Assembly: GCA_902627745.1 (NCBI GenBank)
Contig: CACOKG010000001.1
Span: 391-64,390 of the forward strand
Source of the DNA: an uncultured Pelagibacteraceae bacterium
GTDB taxonomy: Bacteria; Pseudomonadota; Alphaproteobacteria; Pelagibacterales; Pelagibacteraceae
Length of the DNA stretch: 64,000 nucleotides
Reading direction: 5' to 3'
The notes under the pieces were generated by a model. It searched no databases and was not told the origin of the DNA. It was given only the letters and a program-made list of their open reading frames with translations. This document shows, one piece after another, positions 1-11,460 of the stretch; the first letter of the stretch is position 1; the number at the start of each line of letters is the position of its first letter. Both the position numbers and the translations under genes were made by a program.

Positions 1-2
1 AA

Positions 3-1139
3 AAAGAGGAGATTACCGGCGCAGGTGTATTACAACTGCTTCAAGATGGTTTTGGTTTTCTGAGAGCCATGGAGTCAAATTATTTACCGGGTCCAGATGA
101 TATTTATGTAAGCCCAAGTCAGATTAGAAAATTTGGTTTAAGAACAGGTGATACTGTGGAAGGGCCAGTTAGAGCTCCAAAAGAGGGAGAAAGATATTTT
201 GCATTGCTACAAGTAAGTAAAATTAATTTTGAAGAACCTGATAAATCCAGACATAAAATTGCTTTTGATAACTTGACACCGCTTTATCCTGATAAACAAC
301 TGGTTATGGAGGTGGAGCAAGTAAAACCTGATAAAAAGCAAGATTTAACTCCAAGACTCATAGATCTTGTAAGTCCCATTGGAAAAGGTCAAAGGTCAAT
401 TATTATTTCACCGCCAAAGGCTGGTAAAACTATGATTTTACAGAGTATTGCTAACTCAATAGCAAAAAATTATCCAGAATGTTACTTGATTGTTTTACTT
501 ATAGATGAGAGGCCCGAGGAAGTAACTGATATGCAGAGAACTGTAAAAGGAGAAGTAATTAGTTCAACTTTCGATGAACCAGCACAACGTCACGTAGCTG
601 TTGCTGAGATGGTAATAGAAAAAGCTAAAAGATTAACAGAGCACAAAAAGGATGTTGTTATATTATTAGACTCAATTACGAGACTTGGAAGAGCTTATAA
701 TGCAGTAATCCCAAGTTCCGGTAAAGTTTTAACAGGTGGTGTTGATGCGAATGCTCTTCAAAGACCTAAGAGGTTTTTTGGTGCAGCGAGAAATATAGAG
801 GAAGGTGGATCGTTAACAATTATTTCTACAGCATTAATAGATACTGGAAGTAGGATGGATGAAGTAATTTTTGAAGAATTCAAAGGCACTGGTAACAGTG
901 AGACAGTTCTCGATAGAAAAATTGCGGATAAAAGAATCTATCCAGCTATTGATATTACGAAATCAGGCACAAGAAGAGAAGAATTGTTATTTGATAAAAA
1001 TGATTTACAGAAGATGAATGTTTTGAGAAGAATAATTGCACCAATGGGAACCATGGACGCTATTGAGTTTATCAATTCAAAACTTAAAGATACAAAAAAC
1101 AATGCTGAGTTCTTTAATTCAATGAACAAACCAGCATAA
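3..1139 (+). CDS. rho: Transcription termination factor Rho (5'-partial; the frame is open from the window edge)
   Basis: The frame upstream of 69 reads [22 protein letters not shown] (RNP-like DGFGFLR). P-loop [20 protein letters not shown] and GKVLTGGVD are present. Confidence 0.98.
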   Translation, partial: KEEITGAGVLQLLQDGFGFLRAMESNYLPGPDDIYVSPSQIRKFGLRTGDTVEGPVRAPKEGERYFALLQVSKINFEEPDKSRHKIAFDNLTPLYPDKQLVMEVEQVKPDKKQDLTPRLIDLVSPIGKGQRSIIISPPKAGKTMILQSIANSIAKNYPECYLIVLLIDERPEEVTDMQRTVKGEVISSTFDEPAQRHVAVAEMVIEKAKRLTEHKKDVVILLDSITRLGRAYNAVIPSSGKVLTGGVDANALQRPKRFFGAARNIEEGGSLTIISTALIDTGSRMDEVIFEEFKGTGNSETVLDRKIADKRIYPAIDITKSGTRREELLFDKNDLQKMNVLRRIIAPMGTMDAIEFINSKLKDTKNNAEFFNSMNKPA

Positions 1140-1181
1140 TTTAATTTTCCAATACCACATAATTGAAGCTATAATATTTGA

Positions 1182-2513
1182 ATGACTATTTATGCTTTAT
1201 CGACTGGTCCGGGTGTATCTGGTGTAGCAATTGTAAGAATTTCTGGCCCGGAGGCGTCAAAAGCAATTAAATTACTCACCAAGAAAGATCTACCTACTCC
1301 CAGAATAGCAACTCTTCGAAAAATAAACAACCTCAACACTTCTGAGTTGATTGATGAAGGTATTATTATCTGGTTTCCTGGTCCTGAGAGCTACACAGGG
1401 GAGGATATGGCTGAGTTCCATGTTCATGGGGGAAAAGCGATTGTTTTAGCATTACAAAACGAATTGTCTAAAATAGAAAATTTCAGATTAGCTGAGCCAG
1501 GAGAATTTACAAAGATAGCATTCCAAAACGGAAAAATAAATTTGTTAAAGGCAGAAAGCATAGGTGATTTAATTTCAGCAGAAACCGAAATGCAAAGATT
1601 ACAAGCTGTAAAAATTATGGAAGGTAAGTCAGCTGAGAAATTTGATGATTTAAGAGAAAAGTTATTAAAGATTTTATCTTTTGTTGAGGCAAAAATAGAC
1701 TTTCCTGAGGAAGATTTACCTGATGAAAATATTAAACAGATTAAAAAAGATACAACTGAAGTTTTAAACAAAATTAAAAAAATTTTAGATGATCAAAAAG
1801 TCGGTGAAATAATTCGCGAAGGTTTTAAAATTGCTATCATTGGTCCAACTAATGCTGGGAAATCTTCATTATTAAATAATTTATCAAATAGAGATGTAGC
1901 GATAGTGTCCGAAATTGCTGGAACAACAAGGGACGTGATTGAAACACATTTAAATATTGATGGTTATCCTGTTATTATTTCAGATACAGCAGGTATTAGG
2001 AGTTCTAAAGACGAAATAGAGAAAAAAGGTATTAAATTATCCTTAGATAGAGCAGAAAAAGCTGATTTGAAATTAGTTGTAGTAGATGCTAAAAGCATTG
2101 ATTTTAGCGGATTTTTAAACGATCTACTAAAAGATAATGCAATTTTAGTTATAAATAAGTCAGATCTTATCAATGGTGAATTAGATCCGGAGGTAAATAA
2201 ATTAGACCATGTTTTAATTTCATTAAAGGAAAACAAGAATTTAGATAAATTGATTTCAAAGATCAAAAATAAGTTAAAGACAAAATTTATCATAAATGAT
2301 GATATATTAATTACTAGAGAAAGACATAGACAACACTTGGTTCATTGTTCAGGTAATTTGAAAAATTTCCTAGAAAAAAATGATAAAAAAGATTTTGATA
2401 AAGCCGCTGAAGATTTGAGGTTAGCCACTAGAAATTTAGGAATGATTGTTGGAAAGGTCGATGTAGAGGAAATATTAGGTAGTATTTTCAATGATTTTTG
2501 TATTGGAAAATAA
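1182..2513 (+). CDS. mnmE: tRNA modification GTPase MnmE
   Basis: TIYALST start, SYTGED, GPTNAGKSS, GTTRD, DTAGIR, C-terminal FCIGK. Confidence 0.98.
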   Translation: MTIYALSTGPGVSGVAIVRISGPEASKAIKLLTKKDLPTPRIATLRKINNLNTSELIDEGIIIWFPGPESYTGEDMAEFHVHGGKAIVLALQNELSKIENFRLAEPGEFTKIAFQNGKINLLKAESIGDLISAETEMQRLQAVKIMEGKSAEKFDDLREKLLKILSFVEAKIDFPEEDLPDENIKQIKKDTTEVLNKIKKILDDQKVGEIIREGFKIAIIGPTNAGKSSLLNNLSNRDVAIVSEIAGTTRDVIETHLNIDGYPVIISDTAGIRSSKDEIEKKGIKLSLDRAEKADLKLVVVDAKSIDFSGFLNDLLKDNAILVINKSDLINGELDPEVNKLDHVLISLKENKNLDKLISKIKNKLKTKFIINDDILITRERHRQHLVHCSGNLKNFLEKNDKKDFDKAAEDLRLATRNLGMIVGKVDVEEILGSIFNDFCIGK

Positions 2514-2552
2514 GATCCTTGTAAAATTTTTTTTCAAATATAAATTTACATC

Positions 2553-4424
2553 ATGAAAAATGAATTTTCATTTGATGTTGTTGTAATAGGAGGAGGCCAT
2601 GCTGGTTGCGAAGCAGCAGCTGCTTCAGCTCGTCTAGGAGTAAATACTGCTCTATTCACTCATAATAAAAATACTATTGGTGAGATGTCATGTAACCCGG
2701 CAATTGGTGGTTTGGGTAAAGGTCATTTAGTCAGAGAAATAGATGCATTAGATGGCGTCATGGGAGTAATTGCAGACAAATCAGGAATACAATTTAGGTT
2801 ACTAAATAGGAGCAGAGGACCAGCTGTGAGAGGTCCAAGAACTCAATCTGATAGATCATTATACAAGCAATTTATGCAAGAAAAACTTGCAAACTATTGT
2901 AATTTAAGCATTTTTTCAGATCCTGTAACTAAGTTTATTTTTTCAAATAATACGATAAATGGATTTTTAACAATAAAAGGTAACAAGATTAACTGTAATA
3001 AAATAATACTTACTACAGGCACTTTTTTAAATGGTTTGATACATATTGGTGATGAGCGTACTCCAGCAGGAAGATATAATGAAAAACCTAGCACAGGTTT
3101 AAGTGAACAATTAGAAAAATATAAATTTAAAATAGGAAGACTGAAAACAGGCACTCCTCCTAGACTCGATGCTAGAACAATAAATTTCAAAAATTTGGAA
3201 AAACAAGCAGCGGATGACAATCCTTACTTTTTTTCCTTCTTAACGAAATCAACAACCAACAAACAAGTGTCTTGTTCGATGACATATACTAATGAAAAGG
3301 TGCATAAGATAATTGAGAAAAATTTGTCAAAGAGTGCGATGTATTCTGGTAGCATTCAAGGGGTGGGTCCTAGATATTGTCCTTCAATAGAAGATAAAAT
3401 AGTTAAGTTTGTTGAAAAGACGAGACATCAAATATTTTTAGAGCCAGAAGGGCTTAATGACCACACAATTTATCCAAATGGAATATCAAATTCTCTACCT
3501 GAGGTAGTACAAGCTGAAATACTCAACAATATCAATGGTTTAGAAAACGTAAAAATGATAAGACCAGGATATGCTATAGAATATGACTATGTAGATCCTA
3601 GGGAGCTTTTTTTAACTCTTGAGACTAAAAAAATTAAGAATTTGTATTTAGCCGGTCAGATAAATGGAACCACTGGATATGAAGAAGCTGCAGCTCAAGG
3701 TCTTGTAGCTGGTGTTAATGCAGCTTTGTCATTTATGAATAAAGAGCCATTCATTCTAGATAGGTCAGATGCCTATATTGGAGTAATGATAGATGATTTG
3801 GTTACCAAGGGTGTTGCAGAGCCCTATAGGATGTTTACTTCAAGAGCTGAGTATAGGTTAAGTTTAAGAGCAGATAATGCTGATTTAAGACTTACCAATA
3901 AAGGTATTAAAATTGGCCTAGTGTCAAGTGATAGAAAGTTAAAATTTGAGGATAAATTTGCTAAAATGAGTGAAATATCCCTTCAAATGTCGAGTTTAAG
4001 CATATCTCCAACAAAAGCTGAAAAACATGGTATTAAAATTGCAAAGGATGGTATTTTACGCTCAGCAGATGAAATTTTAGCTCAAAAAGACTCTAATATG
4101 AGTAAAATGCGTGATATTTGGCCTGAAATTAAGGATTTTGGGTTCGAAATTGATGAACAAATAGAAATTAATTCTCATTATAGAGGCTATTTAAAAAAGC
4201 AAAATGCAGATATTTTAGCATTTAAAAGAGATGAAAATCTAGTTATCCCAGATAATATTGATTATGATCAATTTTCGGGTTTATCAAATGAGGTAAAAGC
4301 TAAATTTAAGGAAATAAGACCAAAAACTATGGGTCAAGCTTTACGAATAGATGGAATTACTCCAGCAGCAGTATATATTTTGTTGTCACACGTTAAAAGA
4401 AAGTCTATTAAGCATATAGCTTAA
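2553..4424 (+). CDS. mnmG: tRNA uridine 5-carboxymethylaminomethyl modification enzyme MnmG (GidA)
   Basis: [46 protein letters not shown]. Confidence 0.98.
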   Translation: MKNEFSFDVVVIGGGHAGCEAAAASARLGVNTALFTHNKNTIGEMSCNPAIGGLGKGHLVREIDALDGVMGVIADKSGIQFRLLNRSRGPAVRGPRTQSDRSLYKQFMQEKLANYCNLSIFSDPVTKFIFSNNTINGFLTIKGNKINCNKIILTTGTFLNGLIHIGDERTPAGRYNEKPSTGLSEQLEKYKFKIGRLKTGTPPRLDARTINFKNLEKQAADDNPYFFSFLTKSTTNKQVSCSMTYTNEKVHKIIEKNLSKSAMYSGSIQGVGPRYCPSIEDKIVKFVEKTRHQIFLEPEGLNDHTIYPNGISNSLPEVVQAEILNNINGLENVKMIRPGYAIEYDYVDPRELFLTLETKKIKNLYLAGQINGTTGYEEAAAQGLVAGVNAALSFMNKEPFILDRSDAYIGVMIDDLVTKGVAEPYRMFTSRAEYRLSLRADNADLRLTNKGIKIGLVSSDRKLKFEDKFAKMSEISLQMSSLSISPTKAEKHGIKIAKDGILRSADEILAQKDSNMSKMRDIWPEIKDFGFEIDEQIEINSHYRGYLKKQNADILAFKRDENLVIPDNIDYDQFSGLSNEVKAKFKEIRPKTMGQALRIDGITPAAVYILLSHVKRKSIKHIA

Positions 4425-5068
4425 TGGATTCGATAATTTCTAAAAATTACTCTCAAATTCAAGAACTTGATGTTTCACGTGAAACTTGTAATGAGCTTGA
4501 AAGCTTAATAAGCATGATTCAAAAGAAAAATCAGGAGATTAATATAATTAGTAAAAAAAGCTGGAAAAAACAGCATATTAGACAAAGACATATTGTTGAT
4601 TCAGCACAAATAATTGATTTTGTTGATTTAAAAAGCAATACAACCTCAGATTTAGGTACTGGGGGTGGAATGCCTGGTCTAATCATAGCAATCTTAATGA
4701 AAAAATTAAAAAACAGCATGAAAATAAAACTTTATGAAAAAAGTTATCACAAATGTGTTTTTTTAAAAGATGTCTCGAAAAAATTAGAATTGAATACAGA
4801 AATAATACAAAAAGATATTTTTAAAATTAAAAATATTGAAACTGGAACCATTATGTCTAGAGCTTTTAAACCAATGCCAATAATTTTAGATTTAGTGCAA
4901 AAAAATTTTGGAAAATATAAAAATATAATTCTGTTTATGGGGAAGAGTGGAAGAAAAATTTTAAATGATACTCTTAAAATTTGGGATTTAGACTACGAGG
5001 AAAAAAAAAGTTTAACAAGTAAAGATTCATTTTTGCTAAATATAAAAAGTATGGAAAAAAAAATTTAA
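4424..5068 (+). CDS. rsmG: 16S rRNA m7G527 methyltransferase RsmG (GidB)
   Basis: RHIVDS, SAM motif DLGTGGGMPG, SRAF; lies between mnmG and parA. Confidence 0.92.
   Translation: MDSIISKNYSQIQELDVSRETCNELESLISMIQKKNQEINIISKKSWKKQHIRQRHIVDSAQIIDFVDLKSNTTSDLGTGGGMPGLIIAILMKKLKNSMKIKLYEKSYHKCVFLKDVSKKLELNTEIIQKDIFKIKNIETGTIMSRAFKPMPIILDLVQKNFGKYKNIILFMGKSGRKILNDTLKIWDLDYEEKKSLTSKDSFLLNIKSMEKKI
4471..4486. promoter_or_regulatory. parS centromere-like site inside rsmG
   Basis: TGTTTCACGTGAAACT matches the parS palindrome TGTTTCACGTGAAACA at 15/16 and lies about 600 bp upstream of parA. Confidence 0.9.
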
Positions 5069-5862
5069 TGAAAACTATTTCAATAATAAATCAGAAGGGT
5101 GGAGTTGGTAAAACAACAACAGTAATTAACCTTGCGTCTGCATTAACTCAACTTGGAAAAAAAATTTTAGTTATTGATTTAGATCCTCAAGGAAATGCAA
5201 CAACTGGTCTTGGCTTATCTAATTTAGAAAGATCTGACGAAACTATCTATGGTATTTTAAATGGAACTAAGTCTATTTCACAAGTAATTAAAAAAACTAA
5301 ATTTGATAATCTTGATTTGGTATCTTCGAATGTTGATCTGTCTGGTTTAGAGGTTGAGACAGCTGGAGATAGCGATCGGGCATTTATTTTGAAGGTTAAA
5401 TTAGCTGCGTATTTAAATGATTCTGGAGGATCATATGATTATATACTCATAGATTGTCCACCATCTCTTAGTCTATTGACTGTGATGGCTCTTGTATGCT
5501 CAAACTCACTTTTAGTACCTCTTCAGACAGAATTTTTTGCATTAGAGGGATTAACTCAATTGATGAAAACAATTGATCGCATAAAAATTAATTTAAATCC
5601 TAATTTAGAAATTCAAGGGATACTTTTAACAATGTATGACAGAAGAAATAAACTATCATCACAAGTTGAACAAGAAGCAAGAAATTATTTTAAAGAAAAA
5701 GTATATCAAACAGTTATTCCGCGTAACGTAAGATTGTCCGAAGCCCCATCTCATGGAGTGCCTGTCCTGATTTATGATAAAAATTGTCCTGGCAGTAAAT
5801 CATATTATAGTTTTACAGATGAATTTATTAATCAAGAAAATCAAATAGGGAGCGCAGCTTAG
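5068..5862 (+). CDS. parA: Chromosome partitioning ATPase ParA
   Basis: NQKGGVGKTTT deviant Walker A, DLDPQGNAT, IDCPPSL, IPRNVRLSEAPSHG. Confidence 0.97.
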   Translation: MKTISIINQKGGVGKTTTVINLASALTQLGKKILVIDLDPQGNATTGLGLSNLERSDETIYGILNGTKSISQVIKKTKFDNLDLVSSNVDLSGLEVETAGDSDRAFILKVKLAAYLNDSGGSYDYILIDCPPSLSLLTVMALVCSNSLLVPLQTEFFALEGLTQLMKTIDRIKINLNPNLEIQGILLTMYDRRNKLSSQVEQEARNYFKEKVYQTVIPRNVRLSEAPSHGVPVLIYDKNCPGSKSYYSFTDEFINQENQIGSAA

Positions 5863-6701
5863 TGAATAAAATTAAAAGAGGATTAGGTAGAGGATTATCA
5901 TCATTAATAGGTGAAACTAAGATTGAAAAAAACACAAATAAATTATCCATTGGTGATCTTTATCCAAACAAATTTCAACCTAGGAAAATTTTTGATGAAG
6001 ATAGTTTGAATGATTTAGAAAAATCAATAAAAGAAAGAGGCATTATTCAACCTATTATAGTTCGAAAATCTGAAGAAAATTCAAAATTTGAGATTATAGC
6101 AGGTGAAAGACGTTGGCTTGCAGCTCAAAAAGCAGGTCTTCATGAAGTTCCAGTCGTTGTTACCGAAGCAGATGACTTAAAATCTCTAGAATTTGCAATT
6201 GTTGAAAACGTTCAAAGAAATGATCTTAATCCTCTTGAGGAAGCTCAAGGGTATCAAAGATTAATAAATGATTTTTCTTATGATCAAGAAAAAGTTTCCA
6301 AATTTATAGGAAAAAGCAGAAGTTACATTACTAATTGCTTAAGAATATTGACTTTGCCATCTGATGTTTTGAAATTAATTGAAAATAAAAAGTTATCTGC
6401 AGGTCATGCAAAAATATTAGTTGGTCTTGAAAATGCAAGCTTTGTTGCACAAAAAATTATTGAAAAAAAACTATCTGTACGACAATCAGAAAATTTTGTT
6501 AAAATTTTTAAAAAAAAAAAAGGTTCTTATATTAAATCAGTTGATCCTAACATCCAAAATCTTGAAAAAATAATTTCTGATAAGATAGGCTTAAATGTTT
6601 TAATTAAAAATAATAAAAAAAATAAAGGGACTATCACTTTTATTTATCATGATATTGATCAATTGAATAAAATAATTGATATTATAAAATCTAACTATTA
6701 A
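5862..6701 (+). CDS. parB: Chromosome partitioning protein ParB
   Basis: GLGRGLSSL, QPR, IIAGERRWLAA CTPase motif, ENVQRNDL, HTH region; GTG start. Confidence 0.97.
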   Translation: MNKIKRGLGRGLSSLIGETKIEKNTNKLSIGDLYPNKFQPRKIFDEDSLNDLEKSIKERGIIQPIIVRKSEENSKFEIIAGERRWLAAQKAGLHEVPVVVTEADDLKSLEFAIVENVQRNDLNPLEEAQGYQRLINDFSYDQEKVSKFIGKSRSYITNCLRILTLPSDVLKLIENKKLSAGHAKILVGLENASFVAQKIIEKKLSVRQSENFVKIFKKKKGSYIKSVDPNIQNLEKIISDKIGLNVLIKNNKKNKGTITFIYHDIDQLNKIIDIIKSNY

Positions 6702-6702
6702 T

Positions 6703-7683
6703 TTAAGATCGGCTTTTTTCTAAAATAAAGTCGGAAATAATTAAAATTGAATTACTGTAATTATTTTTAATTTCAAGTTCAATATCATTGATAGAACTAA
6801 TTAGCTCTTTTATTTTCGTAGGTTTCCATTTATCAAGTTGAATTTTAATAATATCTTTATCCTTCCAAAAGATTGGTGGTTTAGCTGCATTAATTGTTTT
6901 ATTTATGTCTTTATTTTTTTCAAATTCAATTGCAAGTTTTAGAATTCTTTTGGCTTTAGACAAGAAAGTTCTGAGAATTATAATACATTCATCATTATTA
7001 TAATTATTTTCACTTAAAATATTAATTGTTTTGTTAATGTTTTTAGCCAAGCAGTTATCAATCAATTCTGATGAAGCATAATTTTCACTCAAATTAACGA
7101 GTTTTAATATTTGTGCAGATGTTATTCGTTTTTTTTCTACTGAATAATCTTTTATTTTATTAAGTTCATTGTTTAAATTGTTTCTATCTCCACCACATTT
7201 TTCAACAATTAGATTAATGTTTTGTTGTGAGATTGAAATTTTTTCTTTTCTCAAAAATACGGTAGCTAATTTCGAGAGTGTATTGTTGTTATCTGGGTAG
7301 GTAGGTATACAAATTAAATCCTTATTTTTTTCAAACAAAGATCTTAGCTTTGATCTTGTGTCAAGAATTCCAGCATTTATAATTATCCTGATATTATTTA
7401 AATTTCGATCCACTAAATCTTTGATTGTCTCAAAAATTTTGTCTGAGGCTCTATTTATTATAATTGTTTTACTACTCTCAAATAATGAATTAGATAGTAT
7501 ATTTTCATAAAAAGTTTCTATTTCATCTCTAATTTGTTTTTCATCATATTTAAAAACTTTTATATCATTTTTGCTTAGTATTTTATTAATACACTCAGTT
7601 TTTAACCCTTCATTATTCCCATACACTAAGTAAAAGACCGCACTATCTTCAATTTTATTAAGTTCGAAAGTTTTCAAAATCAT
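6703..7683 (-). CDS. holA: DNA polymerase III delta subunit
   Basis: YLVYG N-terminus, SLF motif, KPPIFWK; order leuS-lptE-holA. Confidence 0.85.
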   Translation of the reverse strand: MILKTFELNKIEDSAVFYLVYGNNEGLKTECINKILSKNDIKVFKYDEKQIRDEIETFYENILSNSLFESSKTIIINRASDKIFETIKDLVDRNLNNIRIIINAGILDTRSKLRSLFEKNKDLICIPTYPDNNNTLSKLATVFLRKEKISISQQNINLIVEKCGGDRNNLNNELNKIKDYSVEKKRITSAQILKLVNLSENYASSELIDNCLAKNINKTINILSENNYNNDECIIILRTFLSKAKRILKLAIEFEKNKDINKTINAAKPPIFWKDKDIIKIQLDKWKPTKIKELISSINDIELEIKNNYSNSILIISDFILEKSRS

Positions 7684-8138
7684 TTCATTACAGCCAATCT
7701 GAGTAATAGCTTTTGTGATATTGTTGTGGCCAAATTTCTTTTTATATTTCTTTCATAATTTTTTTCTTCATATTTATCTGTCATTTTTTTAAAATTAAAT
7801 TTTTCATCAATTATAAATTTTTCAGAATTATTTTCTTTTTCTATCGAAAATGTAGTCACTGCATTTGTTTGATAATCAGTTATTGTACCAGCCGTATTTT
7901 TAGCTAATACACTTTTCGTATACCTTGTATCAAAACTAATATTAATTGTTCGATCAGACTGATCTTTACTATTTCTGTTTAAATTAGCAGCGACTAAATT
8001 GTTAATTTCTTTGTCTCCAGTAAAACTCGTGATAATGATTTTGTAATTTATCTTGTTTTGATTTGAATATAATGGCTTATATGCACAATGGCTAATTAAA
8101 TTCAAAGTTAGAATGATAAAAAAAATTTTTTTAAGCAT
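7680..8138 (-). CDS. lptE: LptE-like LPS assembly lipoprotein
   Basis: Lipoprotein-like signal ending in C-A-Y-K-P-L-Y; sits between leuS and holA. Confidence 0.65.
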   Translation of the reverse strand: MLKKIFFIILTLNLISHCAYKPLYSNQNKINYKIIITSFTGDKEINNLVAANLNRNSKDQSDRTINISFDTRYTKSVLAKNTAGTITDYQTNAVTTFSIEKENNSEKFIIDEKFNFKKMTDKYEEKNYERNIKRNLATTISQKLLLRLAVMK

Positions 8139-10682
8139 TTAAATAATTATATTCAAAAGTCTATCTTTTATATAAATCTTTCTTTTAATATTTTTTTGAT
8201 CTAAATATTTCATTACTTTCTCATCATTCTTAATAATTTCAAAGAGTTTTTCTTCATTTATATTTGGTTTTGTTTGAACTAGTCCTCTTTTTTTTCCATT
8301 AATTTGTATAACTATATTTATTATTTCATCATTTAATATTGACTTATCATATTCTGGCCATTTAAAATTCTTAATCCCAATCATACTCAGACATTCATTT
8401 GCAAAATGAGGAAGGATTGGTGTCATTGTAATTAGTATCTTTGTGTAATTCTCAATAAGAGTTTTTTCTGAATATGGCATTTCAATTTGTTTATTTAAGA
8501 AGGAGTACATCTCATATAAGTTTGCTACAATTTTATTATAACTAAAACTTTCTAGGTTATCGTGAATTTTTTTTAAGTACTTGTTTGTGTATTTATTTAT
8601 TTCATTATCATAGTCATTTTTATGTTTCTTTTTCATTTCATTGGCTATTTTTCCATTTAAGTTCCAAAGTTTTTGAATGAATTTAAACGCTGAATTAATT
8701 CCTTCCTCTGACCATTGAACATCCTTTTCTGGTGGACTATCAGACAAAATAAATAATCTTGCCGAGTCAGCACCAAAATTAGAAATAATATTTTCAGGAT
8801 CAATTGTATTTTTTTTGGATTTAGACATCGATTCTGAGGGTCCAACTGAAACTAATTTTGTTTTATCTTTTTTAAGATATTTCTTACCGTCTATATTTTG
8901 AATTTCCTCAGGACTTATCCAATTATTATCAGAGTCTTTATAAGTTTCATGACAAACCATTCCTTGAGTAAATAGACCATTAAAAGGTTCAACTATATTA
9001 AAATTATTATTTTCATAAGAAAGCGCTTGCATAAAAAATCTTGAATATAGTAAATGTAAAATTGCGTGTTCTACACCGCCAATATATTGATCTACAGGCA
9101 TCCAGTAATCAATATCTTCTTTTTTAAATCCATATCTAGTTTCTTCAGGGGAACAAAATCTTAGGTAATACCATGATGAGCAAACAAATGTATCTAAAGT
9201 ATCGGTTTCTCTTATCAATTTTTTTCCATCAATAGCTACTTCTCTCCAGTTATTAAGATTATCAAGTGGGTTACCTTTTACATTAATATCTATATTTTCT
9301 GGAAGTTCTATTGGCAACATTGATTTTGGTATTGGGTATGCATTTCCATTTTTGTCATAGGCAATTGGAATTGGACAACCCCAGTATCTTTGTCTAGACA
9401 CACCCCAATCTTTAAGTCTAAAATTAATTTGTTTTTTACCTAATTTTTTTTTTTCTAAAATTTTTATCGTCTCAACAACAGACTTGTTTGGGGCCTCAAG
9501 GCCATTTAGAAAATCTGAATTTATTAAAACCCCAGGACCTGGGTATGCCTCTTGATTAACTTTAAAGTTTTCATCTTGATCAGTAGGTCGCACAACTGTT
9601 TTAATCTCAAGATCATATTTTTTTGCAAAATCATAATCTCTTTGGTCATGTGCGGGGCAACCAAAAACAGCACCAAATCCATAATCCATTAATACAAAGT
9701 TTGCAAAATAAACTGGAACTTTTTGTTGAGGGTTCAATGGGTTGACTGCTTGCAGATTAGTTTTAAATCCAATTTTTTCTCCTACTGCTATTGCCTCTTC
9801 AGTTGTGCCTGTTTTCGAGCACTCATGTTTAAATTTCATAAAATCCTTACTTTTTTCATAATATTTAGAAATCTCATGATCAACTGATAACGCTAAAAAA
9901 GAGAATCCAAAAAGAGTGTCTGGCCTTGTTGTAAAACATTTTATATTATCTACAGGCAAGTCACCTGTAACTTTGAAATTAATCTCGCATCCGAATGATT
10001 TCCCAATCCAATTTTTTTGCATTGTTTTAACTTTGTTTGGCCATGATTCTAATTCATCTAAACCATCTAATAATTCTTGAGAAAATTTTGATATATTAAA
10101 AAACCATTGGTTTAATTTTTTTCTTTCGACTGTTGCACCGGATCGCCATCCCTTACCATCTATAACCTGCTCATTTGCCAAAACTGTTTCATCTATTGGG
10201 TCCCAGTTGACATAATTTTCTTTTCTATAAACAAGTCCTTTTTTATATAATTCTAAAAAAAACTCTTGTTGATGTTTGTAATAACTTTTATCACAAGTTG
10301 ATATTTCTCTATCCCAATCAATTGAAAGTCCGAGCCTTTTCAATTGCAACTTCATGTTACGAATATTAGTTTCTGTCCATGTTTTAGGATCAAGATTGTT
10401 TTGTTTTGCTGCGTTTTCAGCCGGCATACCAAAAGAGTCCCAGCCCATTGGATGTAATACGTTATAACCTTGAAGTGATTTGTAACGAGCTAATACATCT
10501 CCTATAGTATAATTTCTCACATGGCCCATATGAATTTTTCCTGAAGGATAGGGAAACATTTCAAGACAATAAAATTTTTTTTTGGAGGGATCAGTTTCTA
10601 CTTTAAAACTTTTATTTTTTTCCCAAAAGTTTTGCCATTTTTGTTCAACAGTTTTAAAATTATATCTATCCACTTCTAACAA
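8139..10682 (-). CDS. leuS: Leucine--tRNA ligase
   Basis: MFPYPSG, HMGH (HIGH motif), SMSKS (KMSKS motif), SRQRYWG. Confidence 0.98.
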   Translation of the reverse strand: MLEVDRYNFKTVEQKWQNFWEKNKSFKVETDPSKKKFYCLEMFPYPSGKIHMGHVRNYTIGDVLARYKSLQGYNVLHPMGWDSFGMPAENAAKQNNLDPKTWTETNIRNMKLQLKRLGLSIDWDREISTCDKSYYKHQQEFFLELYKKGLVYRKENYVNWDPIDETVLANEQVIDGKGWRSGATVERKKLNQWFFNISKFSQELLDGLDELESWPNKVKTMQKNWIGKSFGCEINFKVTGDLPVDNIKCFTTRPDTLFGFSFLALSVDHEISKYYEKSKDFMKFKHECSKTGTTEEAIAVGEKIGFKTNLQAVNPLNPQQKVPVYFANFVLMDYGFGAVFGCPAHDQRDYDFAKKYDLEIKTVVRPTDQDENFKVNQEAYPGPGVLINSDFLNGLEAPNKSVVETIKILEKKKLGKKQINFRLKDWGVSRQRYWGCPIPIAYDKNGNAYPIPKSMLPIELPENIDINVKGNPLDNLNNWREVAIDGKKLIRETDTLDTFVCSSWYYLRFCSPEETRYGFKKEDIDYWMPVDQYIGGVEHAILHLLYSRFFMQALSYENNNFNIVEPFNGLFTQGMVCHETYKDSDNNWISPEEIQNIDGKKYLKKDKTKLVSVGPSESMSKSKKNTIDPENIISNFGADSARLFILSDSPPEKDVQWSEEGINSAFKFIQKLWNLNGKIANEMKKKHKNDYDNEINKYTNKYLKKIHDNLESFSYNKIVANLYEMYSFLNKQIEMPYSEKTLIENYTKILITMTPILPHFANECLSMIGIKNFKWPEYDKSILNDEIINIVIQINGKKRGLVQTKPNINEEKLFEIIKNDEKVMKYLDQKNIKRKIYIKDRLLNIII

Positions 10683-10694
10683 AAATACTCTAAG

Positions 10695-11252
10695 TTATTC
10701 TCCAGGAGTACTCATAATGTAAGGTTTAAAATTTTTATCTTTAGACTGTTTTTTATAAATAGTTGCTTTTGCAAGTATTTGTTTTGTGATTTCTTTTTTT
10801 AATTGACCCTCTTGTTTATTAACCTTACAATTATTTGTTGAGATACATTTTTTATAAAAAATATTTACGTCAATTGCATCAGATCTTATTTCATTACTTA
10901 AAAACCTAATTGTTATTTTTATAGATTCGTTATCGTTATTCTGTTCTGAATACCAGTCGGTAATTATAACTCCACCGCTATAATTTGCAGAAGTTAATGG
11001 CATAAAATCCAAAACATCTAGAGAGGCTCTCCATAATTCATTTGAACTTGCAAATTCAAAATTAGTTCCTTGGTTTCCAGATATTGCATTATTTAATCTA
11101 AAACCCTTACCTTCTTCTAAATTTTTCTTAACTCTTAATTTAGGGTCAGGTGGATTTTTTCTCGCATCACCTGGTTTGAAAAAGCCTTTTCCACAAGACG
11201 TTAAAGTGAAGATTATTAGAATAATTGGAACTAATATTTTTATTTTAAGCAT
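10695..11252 (-). CDS. DUF3576-like lipoprotein
   Basis: Lipobox LTSC; LWRASLDVLDFMPL and GGVIITDWY are typical of the alphaproteobacterial protein upstream of leuS. Confidence 0.75.
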   Translation of the reverse strand: MLKIKILVPIILIIFTLTSCGKGFFKPGDARKNPPDPKLRVKKNLEEGKGFRLNNAISGNQGTNFEFASSNELWRASLDVLDFMPLTSANYSGGVIITDWYSEQNNDNESIKITIRFLSNEIRSDAIDVNIFYKKCISTNNCKVNKQEGQLKKEITKQILAKATIYKKQSKDKNFKPYIMSTPGE

Positions 11253-11334
11253 ACTTGCAATTTTAATTTTTAAAATGAAATTTGAATTAATACACTTTAA
11301 AATAACAAATATAGAAAAAAATTACTTACAATAG

Positions 11335-11352
11335 TGTTGCAAAATTACAACA
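11335..11352. promoter_or_regulatory. Palindromic putative operator upstream of the porin
   Basis: TGTTGCAAAATTACAACA (TGTTG-N8-CAACA) in the divergent intergenic region. Confidence 0.4.
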
Positions 11353-11460
11353 TTTTAGAAATAATTAGCTTAAATAAAGCAATTATAACGTTTTTTTAGC
11401 CTGAAATGATAGTTTGCGAGTGTTTATTATTAATAATTAACAATCAAAGGAGTAATTAAT

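Noticed and set aside
4384-4399. Possible second parS, TGTCACACGTTAAAAG, at the end of mnmG
   Set aside because: Only 11/16 matches and the palindrome is broken.
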